Source of the DNA: a virus
Taxonomy: Duplodnaviria > Caudoviricetes
Direction: 5' to 3' (one strand)
DNA: 49,555 nucleotides
IMG/VR virus record: IMGVR_UViG_3300017565_000024
Location: 1-49,555 of that record
The translations under genes were made by a program, and so were the position numbers. The notes under the pieces are model-generated. The model ran no database searches, was not told the origin of the DNA, and saw only the letters and a list, made by a program, of their open reading frames with translations. This document shows, in pieces, positions 1 to 11,200 of this stretch (positions are counted from its first letter, which is position 1; every line of letters begins with the position of its first letter).

Positions 1-52
1 CCCAATTTTTCTACACACCAAAAATTATGAAAATCCATGGAGGTGCGCCGCT

Positions 53-409
53 ATGGGGAATCTTGAAGAAAAGGCGACTGGACCACCCACAATGGGCGTA
101 TATGAACAAGAACTGGCTAAACTACAGGAGATATTCAAAGATGTTGACCCTGCCAAAGCCAAGCTTGTCGAAGGGCTTGTAGAAGATGCAGCTTTTTTGC
201 GATCCCAAAACATTATATTAAAAGCGGTTTTGACTGAATCGGGTATGGTGCTTATCCATCCGACGAATAAGACGTTGCAGAAGCCTGTTGAAGCATCCAA
301 ACAATACTTGAAAAATGCGAACACATACGCGACTGTTATAAAAACACTCAACGGCGTATTGAATAAAAACATCGTTGAAGAAGATGATGGGCTGGATGAG
401 TTCGAATGA
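53..409 (+). CDS. terS: Terminase small subunit (P27-like, cos-type)
   Basis: 118 aa with RBS GGAGGTG. Overlaps terL by ATGA and has an acidic C-terminus (EEDDGLDEFE). Confidence 0.75.
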   Translation: MGNLEEKATGPPTMGVYEQELAKLQEIFKDVDPAKAKLVEGLVEDAAFLRSQNIILKAVLTESGMVLIHPTNKTLQKPVEASKQYLKNANTYATVIKTLNGVLNKNIVEEDDGLDEFE

Positions 410-2118
410 GTGCGCCATATTCTTCTTATCTTCATGAGTACATGGCAAAGTGCCGATCTGGTGAAATCATTGCTGGGCAAGAACTGCTGATGATGTTTGA
501 CATTCTGGAAGAGCATCTTAGAAATCCAGATATTCGGTTTGAAACGGACGATGCCAATAAGCGAATAAAATTCATTGAAACAAAGTGCAGGCATTTCCAA
601 GCGCCATTTGCTGGGAAGCCTTTTTTATTGGTATTGTTCCAGAAAGCTTATATCGTGGCTTTCTACAGCTTTAAAATTTTCGATGAAGAGATTGGGTGCT
701 GGGTAAGGCTTTATCAAGAGTCACTGCTTTTGATTGGTCGGAAGAACGGTAAAACGCCGCTGATTGCCGCCAAGGACCTTGCAGAATGGTTCTGCGGGCT
801 GGAAGGGCTTAATATCCTTTGCTCTAGCAATGATTACGAGCAGGCATCCTTGATGTTTGACGCCATCAACGCCATGCGAGAGGAAAGCCCGGCACTTGAA
901 AAGGTCACGCGGAAGAACATGAAAGGAATCTTCTTCGGCAACCCAAAAAACAAAAGCAAGAAGGGGAAGTATAGCTACCGAAACAAGGGGCAGATTCGGA
1001 AAATATCTGCCAAGACCGGGGCGAAGGAAGGTCGGAATATCGGCGTCGGATCAGTCGATGAAGTCCATGAGATGTTGGACAACCAATCAACAATGCCGGT
1101 TCGTCAGGCTCTATCCACTCAGGACGAGCCTATTTATGATGAACTGACAACCGAAGGCTTTACTAACGACGGATACCTTGACGGTAGGCTAATTGAAGCA
1201 CGGCAAGTGCTGAATCGTGAACTTGACCGTCCGCGCTGGCTAATCTGGCTATACACCCAAGATAGCGAACAGGAAATATGGCAGGACGAAAAAAGCTGGT
1301 ATAAAAGTAATCCTGGGCTTGGCGTCATTAAAAAGTGGAGCTTTATGCGCCAAATGGTCGAAGAGGCTAAGACCAACAAGGCCACGCGGGTGTTTGTGCT
1401 GGCAAAGGATTTTAATATCAAACAAAATAATGCCGCCGCCTGGCTTACACCGGAAGACATTGCGAACAAAGAAAAGTTCGATATTAAAGAGTTCCGTGAT
1501 TCATTCGCACTTGGCGCGGTTGACCTTTCCCGTTCCGGCGACCTTGCTTCAGCGCGAGCTTTGTTTATGCGCGACGGCAAGAAGTTCATGATTCAGCAAT
1601 ACTTCATTCCTCAATCGAAATTGGACAAATTGACAGGGGACGAGAAGAAGCGCTATGAGGAATGGAAAGAGGCTGGGCATTTGACCATCTCGCCAGGCAA
1701 TGAAAATGACTTCCGACTGGTAACGGCTTGGTATGTCATGCTGTACAAGGAATACGGAATTCGCTTTTACAAGATTGGATATGACAAGTGGTCCGCAGTG
1801 TATTGGATTAAGGAAATGGAGGATGTTGGGTTCGATATGCAAAAGGTTGACCAGACGTGGGGAGCATTGAGCGAGCCTATGAAATTGGTGGAAGCAGATT
1901 TGCAATCGGACTTGATAGTTTATAATGATCATCCAATAGACCGGTTTTGCTTGGAAAACACGGCACTTGCAGTTAACAACAAGCAGGAACAAATGCCGGT
2001 AAAAGTCAAAGGTAAGGAAGAAAAGAAAATCGATGGCGCTGTAACGATGATTATCGCTTATCGGATTTACATTGATAATCGTACCGAGTTCTTGCAATTG
2101 GCAGAGAGAGCGGGGTGA
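406..2118 (+). CDS. terL: Terminase large subunit
   Basis: Walker A IGRKNGKT, Walker B GSVDEVHE, nuclease AVDLS...D, and C-terminal KIDGAV. Confidence 0.97.
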   Translation: MSAPYSSYLHEYMAKCRSGEIIAGQELLMMFDILEEHLRNPDIRFETDDANKRIKFIETKCRHFQAPFAGKPFLLVLFQKAYIVAFYSFKIFDEEIGCWVRLYQESLLLIGRKNGKTPLIAAKDLAEWFCGLEGLNILCSSNDYEQASLMFDAINAMREESPALEKVTRKNMKGIFFGNPKNKSKKGKYSYRNKGQIRKISAKTGAKEGRNIGVGSVDEVHEMLDNQSTMPVRQALSTQDEPIYDELTTEGFTNDGYLDGRLIEARQVLNRELDRPRWLIWLYTQDSEQEIWQDEKSWYKSNPGLGVIKKWSFMRQMVEEAKTNKATRVFVLAKDFNIKQNNAAAWLTPEDIANKEKFDIKEFRDSFALGAVDLSRSGDLASARALFMRDGKKFMIQQYFIPQSKLDKLTGDEKKRYEEWKEAGHLTISPGNENDFRLVTAWYVMLYKEYGIRFYKIGYDKWSAVYWIKEMEDVGFDMQKVDQTWGALSEPMKLVEADLQSDLIVYNDHPIDRFCLENTALAVNNKQEQMPVKVKGKEEKKIDGAVTMIIAYRIYIDNRTEFLQLAERAG

Positions 2119-2122
2119 TAAA

Positions 2123-3373
2123 TTGGCACTATGGCAGACATTCAAGGGTTGGGGCAGGAAAGTAAAGGATTACGCCTATGCAAAATTTTTAAATGGTTAC
2201 GTACCTTCATTTGGGCAGTTTGGGGATAACATTTATGCATCAGACGTTGTCCAGACGGCTATTGATGTAATTGCGACTGAAATAAGCAAATTGCTGCCAA
2301 AACATATCCGGACGGATAAGGAAGGCGGCCAGGTTACCCCTCAAAGTAGTATAAACCGACTTTTCAAATTCGCGCCAAATGAGTTGATGACAACGCGCGA
2401 TTTTTTAGAAAAGGTCATATGGACGCTGTTCATGAACTACAACTCCTTCATTTATCCTGTGTATGATGTGGTACAAGACGGGCGCGGGAAGGAAAGTAAA
2501 GTATATCGAGGTTTTTACCCGCTGAATCCAGTCCAGGTCGATTTCTTGCAAGATGAAACGGAAGCTTTATTTGTCAAATTTTACTTTGCGACTGGCGATA
2601 GTTTTACAGTCCGATATTCTGAAGTCATCCACCTTCGCAAAAAGTTCTCGGTTAATGAAATTATGGGTGGCGGCGTTAATGGGCAGCCAGACAATGAGGC
2701 TCTGCTAAAAATCCTTCAAATCAATGACACCGTTATTCAAGGGATCGATAAAGGGATTAAAACAAGTATGTCGGTTCGCGGGATAATGAAGATAGCGACA
2801 ATGCTGGACGATAAAGCCCAGCGAGCTGAAAGAGATCGATTCGAAAAGTTGTTGGAATCGGGGAAATCTGGCATAATGCCGCTTGATTTGAAGGGTGAGT
2901 ATATACCGGTTAAGTTGGACCCTAAAATGATTGATAAAGATACAATGGCTTTTTTGGACAGTAAAATTCAGCGTTGGTTTGGGGTGTCATTGCCGATCCT
3001 GTCTGGTGATTACACCGATGAACAATATCAAGCCTTTTATGAAAAGACACTTGAACCGCTAGTCATCTCCCTTGGACAAGCGTTTTCTAAGTGTCTTTTT
3101 TCGCCCCGAGAACTGGATGTAGGAAATGAGGTTGTGTTCTACCATCGTAACATGATGTACCTATCGACCACAGCCAAATTGAACTTGATTAAAACGGCAG
3201 GCGAGCAAGGATTGCTTACGGATGACCAAAAACTTGCCGTTTTGGGATACCCCCCATTGGAAGATGGCAGCGGATCAAGGCGGACCATGTCCCTAAACTA
3301 TATTGATGTTGACCTGGTCAATGCATACCAAATGGGCAGGAAGACGAATGGAGGTAAAGATAATGACGGTTAA
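2123..3373 (+). CDS. Portal protein (HK97 family)
   Basis: Follows terL, ~416 aa, with PN..MT..DF and VIHLR motifs. TTG start chosen after RBS GGGGTG. Confidence 0.93.
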   Translation: MALWQTFKGWGRKVKDYAYAKFLNGYVPSFGQFGDNIYASDVVQTAIDVIATEISKLLPKHIRTDKEGGQVTPQSSINRLFKFAPNELMTTRDFLEKVIWTLFMNYNSFIYPVYDVVQDGRGKESKVYRGFYPLNPVQVDFLQDETEALFVKFYFATGDSFTVRYSEVIHLRKKFSVNEIMGGGVNGQPDNEALLKILQINDTVIQGIDKGIKTSMSVRGIMKIATMLDDKAQRAERDRFEKLLESGKSGIMPLDLKGEYIPVKLDPKMIDKDTMAFLDSKIQRWFGVSLPILSGDYTDEQYQAFYEKTLEPLVISLGQAFSKCLFSPRELDVGNEVVFYHRNMMYLSTTAKLNLIKTAGEQGLLTDDQKLAVLGYPPLEDGSGSRRTMSLNYIDVDLVNAYQMGRKTNGGKDNDG

Positions 3374-4007
3374 ATTGCCTGATAAGGATGAACCTATCAA
3401 ACGCTCGTTTAGCCTTTTGGACATCAGGGCGGATGACGAAGGGAGTTTTATTGAAGGTCATCCGGCAGTATACGACCAGAAGACTACTATCGGAAGATGG
3501 TACTACGAAATTATTGAACGAGGAGCATTTGACGGCTGTAATTTCGATGATGTGTTGTTTTCCACCAATCACGATCTAAGGAAAATCCCACTGGCAAGGA
3601 GCCGCCGAAACAACGGGAATTCAACCATGCAGTTAAAAACGGATGATACCGGCTTGTATGTCAGGGCAAGCCTAGATATCGAAAACAACTCGGAATCGAA
3701 ATCCTTATATAGTGCAGTAAAGCGGGGGGACATCGATGGGATGTCTTTTATTTTTTATATCGATAAAGAGGAATGGTCTGACCTTGATTCAGACATGCCT
3801 ACCCGCCGCATTAAATCAATTAAACGTGTTATGGAAGTGTCCGCAGTCAATTTCCCGGCTTATTCGGGAACTGACATAAATGCTCGTGACCAGGCAGCGT
3901 TGGATAACGCTCGAAAGGCATTGGAAAATGCACGGTCCCAGTTGGATAACTCGGAAAACGAGTTGGAATTACTCAAATACAAATCCCAAATATTGATGAA
4001 AGGTTAA
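3363..4007 (+). CDS. HK97-family prohead protease
   Basis: Motifs EIIERGAFD, NHD, GMSFIF and EVSAVNFPAY. ATG at 3363 follows GGAGGT. Confidence 0.95.
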   Translation: MTVKLPDKDEPIKRSFSLLDIRADDEGSFIEGHPAVYDQKTTIGRWYYEIIERGAFDGCNFDDVLFSTNHDLRKIPLARSRRNNGNSTMQLKTDDTGLYVRASLDIENNSESKSLYSAVKRGDIDGMSFIFYIDKEEWSDLDSDMPTRRIKSIKRVMEVSAVNFPAYSGTDINARDQAALDNARKALENARSQLDNSENELELLKYKSQILMKG

Positions 4008-4017
4008 GGTGCTAAAT

Positions 4018-5316
4018 ATGAACAAAAAGAAACTTCTCGAACTGATTGCAAAGAAAGAGGCTCGCAAAAAAGAACTCGGAACTACTGCCAATGCTTCGGA
4101 AGATGTGAAAGAACTACGCTCCATTAATGCAGAGTTGGAGACTCTTAATGGAGAAATTACTGAACTTCGAAGCATCATTGCGGCATCTGATGACGACGAT
4201 GAAGATGACGAAGCAGAGGAACGTGGAACTGCCGAGGAAAGCCCTGAACAGCGCGGAGGATCGCCGGTAGGTCGCCAAAAGATTCTTGCCTCTTACGGCT
4301 TGGGCAGCGGGCAGAAATCCGATGAGGAAAAACGCGACAAGCAAGATGAGACGAAATGGGAGCAGCGCGGCGCTGACCTGAAAGCGAAAAAGCCGGTCGA
4401 ATTTGCGCTTGACGAAGTGCCGGAGTTGCGAGCAGTAACGATTGGCGGCGGTACATTGATCAATGAAACGAAGTACAAGCGGACGCTTAACCCAACGTTT
4501 AACGAAGTGTCCCGCGTCATTGATACGGTCAATGCAGTGCCATTGATTGGAGGCGAAGCTTATGAAGCCGGATTCGAAATCAGTGTGGGCGAAGGGGACT
4601 ACACCACTGAAGACGGCAACTATACCGAAACTGATCCGGTATTTGGCTATGTGTCTATCGGAAAGGCGAAAATCACTGCCTATACCGAGATGACTGATGA
4701 GGCAATGAAACTGCCTAATGTTGATTACCAGTCCCGTGTCCGCGCCAGCATTGTAAAGGCGCTTCGCAAGAAAATTTCAAAACAAATCCTTGTCGGTGCC
4801 GGTGGAGCGAATGCGATCACGGGCATTTTTAATGCGCCAGCTAACGTTATTCCGGTGGCTACTGACTTGGAAATCACTGCTATTGATGCGGACACGCTTG
4901 ACAACATTGTGATCAATTACGGCGGCGACGAAGAAGTAGAAGGCATCGGGTATCTGGTTCTGAACAAGAAGGACCTGGCTGCGTTTGCTGCGGTGCGCGA
5001 TGCGAATGGGCGTAAACTGTACAAGATCAAAACCCAAGGAAACACTGGAACCATTAGTTCTGATGAATCCTTTGAAGTTCCTTTCATCATCAACAGCGCT
5101 TGCCCGCCTCTATCAGCAGCCACAACCCCTGACGATACGTACTGCATGGCATACGGCATGATGATGGGCTATGAGATGCCTATTTTCTCGGCATTGACGG
5201 TCGAAGAATCCCGTGATTTCAAGTTTCGCACCGGCCATGTTGCCTATCGTGGATCGGTTTGGGCTGGTGGTAATGTTGCGATGTACAAAGGCTTTATCCG
5301 AGTCAAAAAGGGGTAA
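4018..5316 (+). CDS. Major capsid protein (HK97 fold, N-terminal coiled-coil delta domain)
   Basis: Position after the protease, a coiled-coil N-terminus, and ~432 aa length. Confidence 0.93.
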   Translation: MNKKKLLELIAKKEARKKELGTTANASEDVKELRSINAELETLNGEITELRSIIAASDDDDEDDEAEERGTAEESPEQRGGSPVGRQKILASYGLGSGQKSDEEKRDKQDETKWEQRGADLKAKKPVEFALDEVPELRAVTIGGGTLINETKYKRTLNPTFNEVSRVIDTVNAVPLIGGEAYEAGFEISVGEGDYTTEDGNYTETDPVFGYVSIGKAKITAYTEMTDEAMKLPNVDYQSRVRASIVKALRKKISKQILVGAGGANAITGIFNAPANVIPVATDLEITAIDADTLDNIVINYGGDEEVEGIGYLVLNKKDLAAFAAVRDANGRKLYKIKTQGNTGTISSDESFEVPFIINSACPPLSAATTPDDTYCMAYGMMMGYEMPIFSALTVEESRDFKFRTGHVAYRGSVWAGGNVAMYKGFIRVKKG

Positions 5317-5323
5317 TTCAATC

Positions 5324-5353
5324 GGCGGGACATTCCCGCCTCTCCTTAGGAGA
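5324..5353 (+). terminator. Hairpin after capsid gene plus RBS-containing inverted repeat
   Basis: GGCGGGA-cat-TCCCGCC (5324-5340) followed by TCTCCT-T-AGGAGA (5341-5353). Confidence 0.55.
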
Positions 5354-5361
5354 GTGGCAGT

Positions 5362-5622
5362 ATGACACTTCAAGATTTAAAAGCTTATTTACGGGTTGAT
5401 GGAGATGATGAAGACGCGCTAATCGAGGGTTTTAAAGCTGCCGCCGTTCAGTATTTATCCCAAGCGGGTGTAAGTGTCAGTAACGGTGGGCTATATGATG
5501 TTGTTGTGAAAATGCTTGTCGCCATATCCTACGAACATAGGGATACTGCCGAAAAAGAAATAAACATTCCTCCAATCATTAACAACTTCATTACACAGTT
5601 GGCATTGGCAACAGAGGGGTGA
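5362..5622 (+). CDS. Head-tail connector (HK97 gp6-like)
   Basis: LKAYLRVDGDDEDALI...YEHR motif. Confidence 0.9.
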   Translation: MTLQDLKAYLRVDGDDEDALIEGFKAAAVQYLSQAGVSVSNGGLYDVVVKMLVAISYEHRDTAEKEINIPPIINNFITQLALATEG

Positions 5623-5957
5623 TTATATTGACAACCCTTGTTAATCGGCTTGATAAGCGTATTACTATCCTACGCCTGCCTTCGCCAGAGGACCAGGATG
5701 ATAGCGGTCAAGTGATTGAAGGTTGGATATCGGTTGGCACGTTTTGGGCTGCGATTGAGCCGCTTAGAGGCAATGACCGATTTGCGGCGCAATCCGTAAA
5801 CCCCGAAGTTACCACAAGGATTCGCATAAGGTACAGGGATGGCATAGATCGAACTATGATAGCCAGGCATAAAGGTCGAGAGTTTGAAATTATGTACACG
5901 ATCAACCCAACGTTTGGAAATAAAGAACTGCAACTCATGAGCAAGGAGCGGCAGTGA
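5619..5957 (+). CDS. Head closure / head-tail adaptor (SPP1 gp16-like)
   Basis: RITI...WAAIEPLRG...IRIRYR motif and position. Confidence 0.88.
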   Translation: MIILTTLVNRLDKRITILRLPSPEDQDDSGQVIEGWISVGTFWAAIEPLRGNDRFAAQSVNPEVTTRIRIRYRDGIDRTMIARHKGREFEIMYTINPTFGNKELQLMSKERQ

Positions 5958-6388
5958 TGGCGAGCAAAAAAAAGTTTGCACGAATGCGCCTAAAAGTTGA
6001 AGGTGCTGAACAAGTTGTAAGAGCGATGCAACAAGCGGACAAGGAAACCGAGAAGGCTCTGCATGACCTCATCTCCGAGGCGGCGGAGCTTGTTTTTCGT
6101 GAGGCTGATGCTCGCGCCCCAATCGGCGCAACAGAGCGGACAAGGTTTTCCTTGCGAATTGAAATCGGCACAAGCAAGAAAGGTAACTTTTACGCTAATG
6201 TTGTGGTCGGGGCGAGGGATGGAGAATCTACCGCCACCAGTGCTTTTTACGTGACGTTTTACGAGCTCGGGACGTCACGGCAGCCACCACGCCCGTTCAT
6301 GCGCCCAGCATATGACAAGTGCCGACCGCGTATTAGGCGATTGCTGCAAGAGGGATTAGCAAAAGTCATCAATAAAAACAGGGGGTGA
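5954..6388 (+). CDS. HK97 gp10-like tail component
   Basis: FYELGTSRQPPRPFMRPA motif. Confidence 0.88.
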   Translation: MMASKKKFARMRLKVEGAEQVVRAMQQADKETEKALHDLISEAAELVFREADARAPIGATERTRFSLRIEIGTSKKGNFYANVVVGARDGESTATSAFYVTFYELGTSRQPPRPFMRPAYDKCRPRIRRLLQEGLAKVINKNRG

Positions 6389-6392
6389 GGCA

Positions 6393-6773
6393 GTGTTTTC
6401 CAACGAGCTTCGCGCCTTTTTGCTATCGCATCAATCCTTAGTGGATCTAATCGGCAGCAAGCTTTACCCGAGTGTTGCCCCGGAGGGCGTCAAAGCACCA
6501 TATGTTTGCTATTACGAGGTGTCTAGCGTTGCGTGGCATGACTTGCCAGTTGCTTATCCTCGCTTCCAATTTTCGGTGTTTGCAGGTAAATACCTTGATG
6601 CAAAAAACATCGCTGTTGAGCTGAGGAACATCCTGCAAAGGTATAAAGGGCAAATGGGCGACACAAGGGTTATCCAAGGGGTTTGGGAAGGCTCACGCGA
6701 GTTATATGAACCTGACACCAAACTGCATCACATAGCGACAGATTTCAAGATGATATACAGGGAGAGTGAATGA
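6393..6773 (+). CDS. Tail completion / terminator protein (DUF3168-like)
   Basis: Position before the major tail protein, with LYPSVAPE..PYVCY and RFQFSVFA motifs. Confidence 0.8.
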   Translation: MFSNELRAFLLSHQSLVDLIGSKLYPSVAPEGVKAPYVCYYEVSSVAWHDLPVAYPRFQFSVFAGKYLDAKNIAVELRNILQRYKGQMGDTRVIQGVWEGSRELYEPDTKLHHIATDFKMIYRESE

Positions 6774-7576
6774 TAATGGCACGTAACATGACTACGGTAC
6801 AAGATAGCAACAGCATTCGGTTTGGATCAGCGAAATTTGAGGTTGGTCCGGATATTGGCAGCTTGGTTGACCTCGGAGCAATGCGAGGGATTGTCTTTGA
6901 AGAATCATGGGATGAGGTCCGCGTTACATCAGACAATGCCGGCATTATTAAGGTTGGTATGAACAACCACATGGCCAGCATTGAAGGCGAATTGATGGAA
7001 ATTAACCTCCAAACTCTTGCTACGATTCGCGGCGGTATCGATAATTTCAATACGATTGCAGGCACAGCTCAGACAGTTGCGGCGGAGCAGATTAGGCTCA
7101 CAGGGCAAACACTCAAGCGCTTGGCAAACAAAAACGGCAATGGATCGATTGTGACGGCTGTGACAGTCAAAAACGCTGCTGGCGCTGTCACTCATGCTCT
7201 TGGCACAGATTATATCTTGGGCGTTGATTCGGCGGGCTATACAGTCATTTCGCGCGTCCCTGGCGGTGCTATTACTGATGGCGCGACAGTAAATGTGGGT
7301 TACACGTATACGCCGGTATCCGCTAAGCGGCTGTTGTCTGGCGGCTTGGGTACGTTCCAACCACGCGTAGCTCGCATTACCAACTATAATGATGCCGGCA
7401 AGGAGTTCCGCATCACTGTATATAATGCTTCCCCAGAAAGCGGGCTGAACATTACCTTCCCGGAGGCGGACGCCGAGGATCCTGCAATGACACCTATCCG
7501 TATGACAGGCAGCCCGGATGCAAGCCGCCCGGTTGGCGAGCAGCTATTCGAAATCTACGACGAGCAGGGGGCTTAA
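6770..7576 (+). CDS. Major tail tube protein
   Basis: Position, beta-rich 268 aa sequence and DLGA motif. Followed by the chaperone pair and tape measure gene. Confidence 0.8.
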   Translation: MIMARNMTTVQDSNSIRFGSAKFEVGPDIGSLVDLGAMRGIVFEESWDEVRVTSDNAGIIKVGMNNHMASIEGELMEINLQTLATIRGGIDNFNTIAGTAQTVAAEQIRLTGQTLKRLANKNGNGSIVTAVTVKNAAGAVTHALGTDYILGVDSAGYTVISRVPGGAITDGATVNVGYTYTPVSAKRLLSGGLGTFQPRVARITNYNDAGKEFRITVYNASPESGLNITFPEADAEDPAMTPIRMTGSPDASRPVGEQLFEIYDEQGA

Positions 7577-7579
7577 TAA

Positions 7580-7921
7580 ATGTCTAACATTCTTGATCTT
7601 GATGCGCTCATACCTGAGCCCCGCATTGTCAAATTGAAGGGCAATGAAATTGATGTTTCGATCATCCCCTCCGGCGTAATCCTTGAGATTGAAAAAAAGA
7701 AAGACAAACTCAAGGGGGAGGACTCCTTTAACGTTGTTCTTGATTTGGTTTGCAAAATTTGCAAGCCGTCATTCCCTAAAATTACGCCACAATGGCTGAT
7801 TGACAATACTAGTTTTGAGCAATTGCAAGCCATGCTTGAATTCGTAATGGCACCAATTCGGGAAAAAGCCGAGAAGGTGGCAGCGAAAGAAGGAAAAAAC
7901 GAGGAAAGCCCCAGCCAATAG
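7580..7921 (+). CDS. Tail assembly chaperone (lambda G-like)
   Basis: Position, with slippery heptamer A AAA AAC at 7894-7900 near the 3' end. Confidence 0.85.
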   Translation: MSNILDLDALIPEPRIVKLKGNEIDVSIIPSGVILEIEKKKDKLKGEDSFNVVLDLVCKICKPSFPKITPQWLIDNTSFEQLQAMLEFVMAPIREKAEKVAAKEGKNEESPSQ

Positions 7922-8205
7922 AGTTGGGGCGCATCTTTGCGCGGGTGGGTAGCATGTTCGCTTGGGCAACGCCAGACTATATGCTACAACGCATGACAAT
8001 GCAGCAGATTTTTATGTATTACGAGTACGGAATGGAGCATGAGGAGAATAAGGCAAACATCCTGACCAATCGCATTGCGGTTGGTCTTTTTGGTGCCAAG
8101 GATAAGCCAAAGAAAGCAAAAGTGACCGATGACAAGCCGGATCGAGAAGCCTTTAAGAAGGCATACGGCGACCGTATCAAGCGACCGGAAGGGGGAGGGG
8201 CATGA
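7894..8205 (+). CDS. Tail assembly chaperone extension (lambda T-like), reached by -1 frameshift
   Basis: The -1 frame from 7894 is open (KKRGKPQPIELGRIF...) through to 8205. No clear RBS precedes the TTG at 7924. Confidence 0.8.
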   Translation, partial: KKRGKPQPIELGRIFARVGSMFAWATPDYMLQRMTMQQIFMYYEYGMEHEENKANILTNRIAVGLFGAKDKPKKAKVTDDKPDREAFKKAYGDRIKRPEGGGA

Positions 8206-11200
8206 GTTTACTTGGTAATCTAACGGTCGGCATTTTGGGCAACATGAGCGGTCTGAGTGGTAGCCTTAACGATTCGCAAACCGCAGTCCAAAAGTTTGCA
8301 GCAAACGTAAATGACCTTGGCAAATCCATAACATCCCTTGGTGCTGACTTATCCCTCCTCGTCACTGGACCGTTGGTTGCTTTGGGTGGTGTAAGTATCA
8401 AGGCAGCATCTGATTTCGAATCGGCGTTTGCGGGTGTCCGAAAGACGGTGGATGCCACCGAAGCGGAGATGGAGGGTTTTAGGGCGGGCATAAGGGATAT
8501 GGCAAAGAACATGCCCCAAGCAGCCACAGAGATTGCTAAAGTCGCGGAAGCTGCCGGGCAACTCGGTATCCAAAATGACGCAATACTTGGTTTTACAAAG
8601 ACCATGGTGAATATGGGTGTAGCAACAAATATGAGCAGCGAAGATGCCGCAATGGCTCTTGCCCGCCTGGCTACCATCACAAATATGAACCAACAGGACT
8701 TTGATCGCCTTGGGGCAACCATCGTCGGATTAGGCAACAACCTCGCCGCCACGGAGTCTGAGATTGTCGAGATGGGCTTGCGGATTGCAGGTGCTGGTAA
8801 TGTTGTCGGCATGACTGAGGCGCAGATATTAGGCTTCTCGGGAGCCTTGGCGGCGGTCGGTATTAACGCAGAGGCAGGCGGCTCGGCATTTAGTAACCTG
8901 ATGATTAAAATCGCCAATGAAGTGGCGGTGGGCGGCAAAGGGCTTGAGGGCTTCGCCAAAGCGGCTGGCATGAGCTCGGCAGAATTTCAGGAGGCATTCC
9001 GCGACGATGCTGCAACAGCCATAGTGACTTTTATCGAGGGGCTTGGCAAGATTGATGCTGCTGGCGGTAATGTATTTGAAACTTTGTCGGACTTGGGACT
9101 ATCTGAAATCCGCTTGCGCGACGCTTTGCTCAGGTCTGCCGGCGCTGGCGATACAATGAGAAATGCCCTGGAACTTGGCAGCAGGGCGTGGGAAGAAAAT
9201 TCAGCTCTAACCAATGAGGCGGCACAACGTTACGAGACGTTTGAAAGCCGCATCCAGATATTCAAGAACCGGCTACAGGACATCGCCATAACATTAGGCG
9301 ACGCCTTAATGCCGGCTTTTTTGTCTGCCCTTGAAGCTGCCCAGCCTTTTATCGATATGCTTGAGCAAGCGGCAAGGTGGTTCACAGAACTCTACCCATC
9401 CATGCAAACAACGATTATAACCGTCGCTGCATTGGCTGCCGCCCTTGGTCCGCTCCTCTTGGTCATTGGACCGATCATAACATCGATTTCAGCCCTAATG
9501 CCCGTATTGGCTGCCATTGTCAGTCCTGTCGGTATTGTGGTTGCGGCTATTGCTGGCTTAACCGCTGGTCTAGTCTATTTATATAAAACTAACGATGAAG
9601 TGCGGGACAAACTTGATGCGGCGTGGGCTTGGATTAAAAATGCCGCTGTAGTTGCCTTTGATGCAATTAAGCTGGCTGTACAAACGGTGTTCGACTGGAT
9701 AAAGGCATTTTGGGATCGGTGGGGCGGTGAAATAACTGCCTTCTTCCGCAGCGCGTGGGAACTTGTTTCCAGCGTTTTTTCTGCTGCCATTGAAATAATC
9801 CGATCGTATATTCAAATGGTTTTTGGTGCGATTAAGGAGTTTTGGAACAAGTGGGGGGATGACATTACCGCCGCTTTTAACATCTATCTTAATTTCATCA
9901 AAACACTATGGTCGAACATCTTTAAAGGAATTTGGGATTTTATTAAGTTTTTATTCAACGAAATCAAAGCATTTTGGGATAAGTGGGGCGGCACCATTGT
10001 ACAGGCGTTCAAGGACACGTTTGAAATCTTGAAAATTGTCTGGTCGAACGTTTTTGATGGTGTGTTCCGTGCGGTTAAGTTCGTCTTTGGCCTTATCAAA
10101 GAGTTTTGGGATACCTGGGGCGGCACAATCACGGTGTGGTTTAAGACGACATTTAACAATGTCAAGGCGATAATTGAATTCGTCTGGGACACTATAAAGA
10201 TCGTAATCGACACTGCGATCGGCGTCATATCCAATATCATAAAACTGTTCCTTTCTATCCTTAAAGGAGATTGGGAAGGTGCGTGGGATGCAATAGAAGG
10301 TGTCGCCCGATCCGTTTGGGACGGCATCAAGAATTTATTCGGAAACGTGCTAGAAACCATGAAAACAATTGGCAAGAATATCATTCAGGGCTTGATCAAC
10401 GGTATCGGCGCAATGAAAGATGCCGTTGTAAACAAAGCCAAAGATGTAGCCAAGAGTATAGGGGACGGCATCAAGAACTTTTTCGGGATCGCATCACCTT
10501 CCAAGCTGACGACGGGATATGGCGAGAATATTTCCGAAGGCCTGGCGGTCGGCATAGAGAAAAAGTCCAAAAAAGCGGAAGCGGCTGCTAAAAAAGCTGC
10601 TACTGCGACCAATAAAGCCTTTACTGAGGCACTGAAAGATACACAGTACCAGTTCGAAATGGGTAACATTGATACTTCCGAGTATGTTGCAGCACTCGAA
10701 AAGGTAAAGGAAACTTATGCCAAAACAGCAGAGCATATTCGCAAGGTAGACTTGGAAATCAACAGCGTCCAATCAAGTGTTGCAAAAACCATGCAAAAGG
10801 ATGCCGACCAACTCTATAACGATATGGTCCGCAACATTGACAAGATTGGATCAGCCATCACCGCAGCCCTCAAGCGCCGTTACGCGGAAGAAGAAGCTGC
10901 CATTACTGCATCGCTCCAGAAACAAGTGGAGAAGCACAAGGAAGCCTCTGCGGCTATTATCGATGGCTATGACAAGGAATACAAAGCAAAGATTAAGACG
11001 CTAGATTTTGAGACTCAGCAAGCCCTCAAGCTGCTCCAGGACCAGATCGACGGCATTAACGGTCAAACAAAGGCAGAAGAGAAGGAACTTGAGGAACAAG
11101 CTTATCAGAAGAAGCTTGCCGAGAAGCAAAAGGCACTGGCTGCCGCAACATCCGCAGATGAAATCGCCAAGATAACCACTGAGCTCAACGACATGATTAC

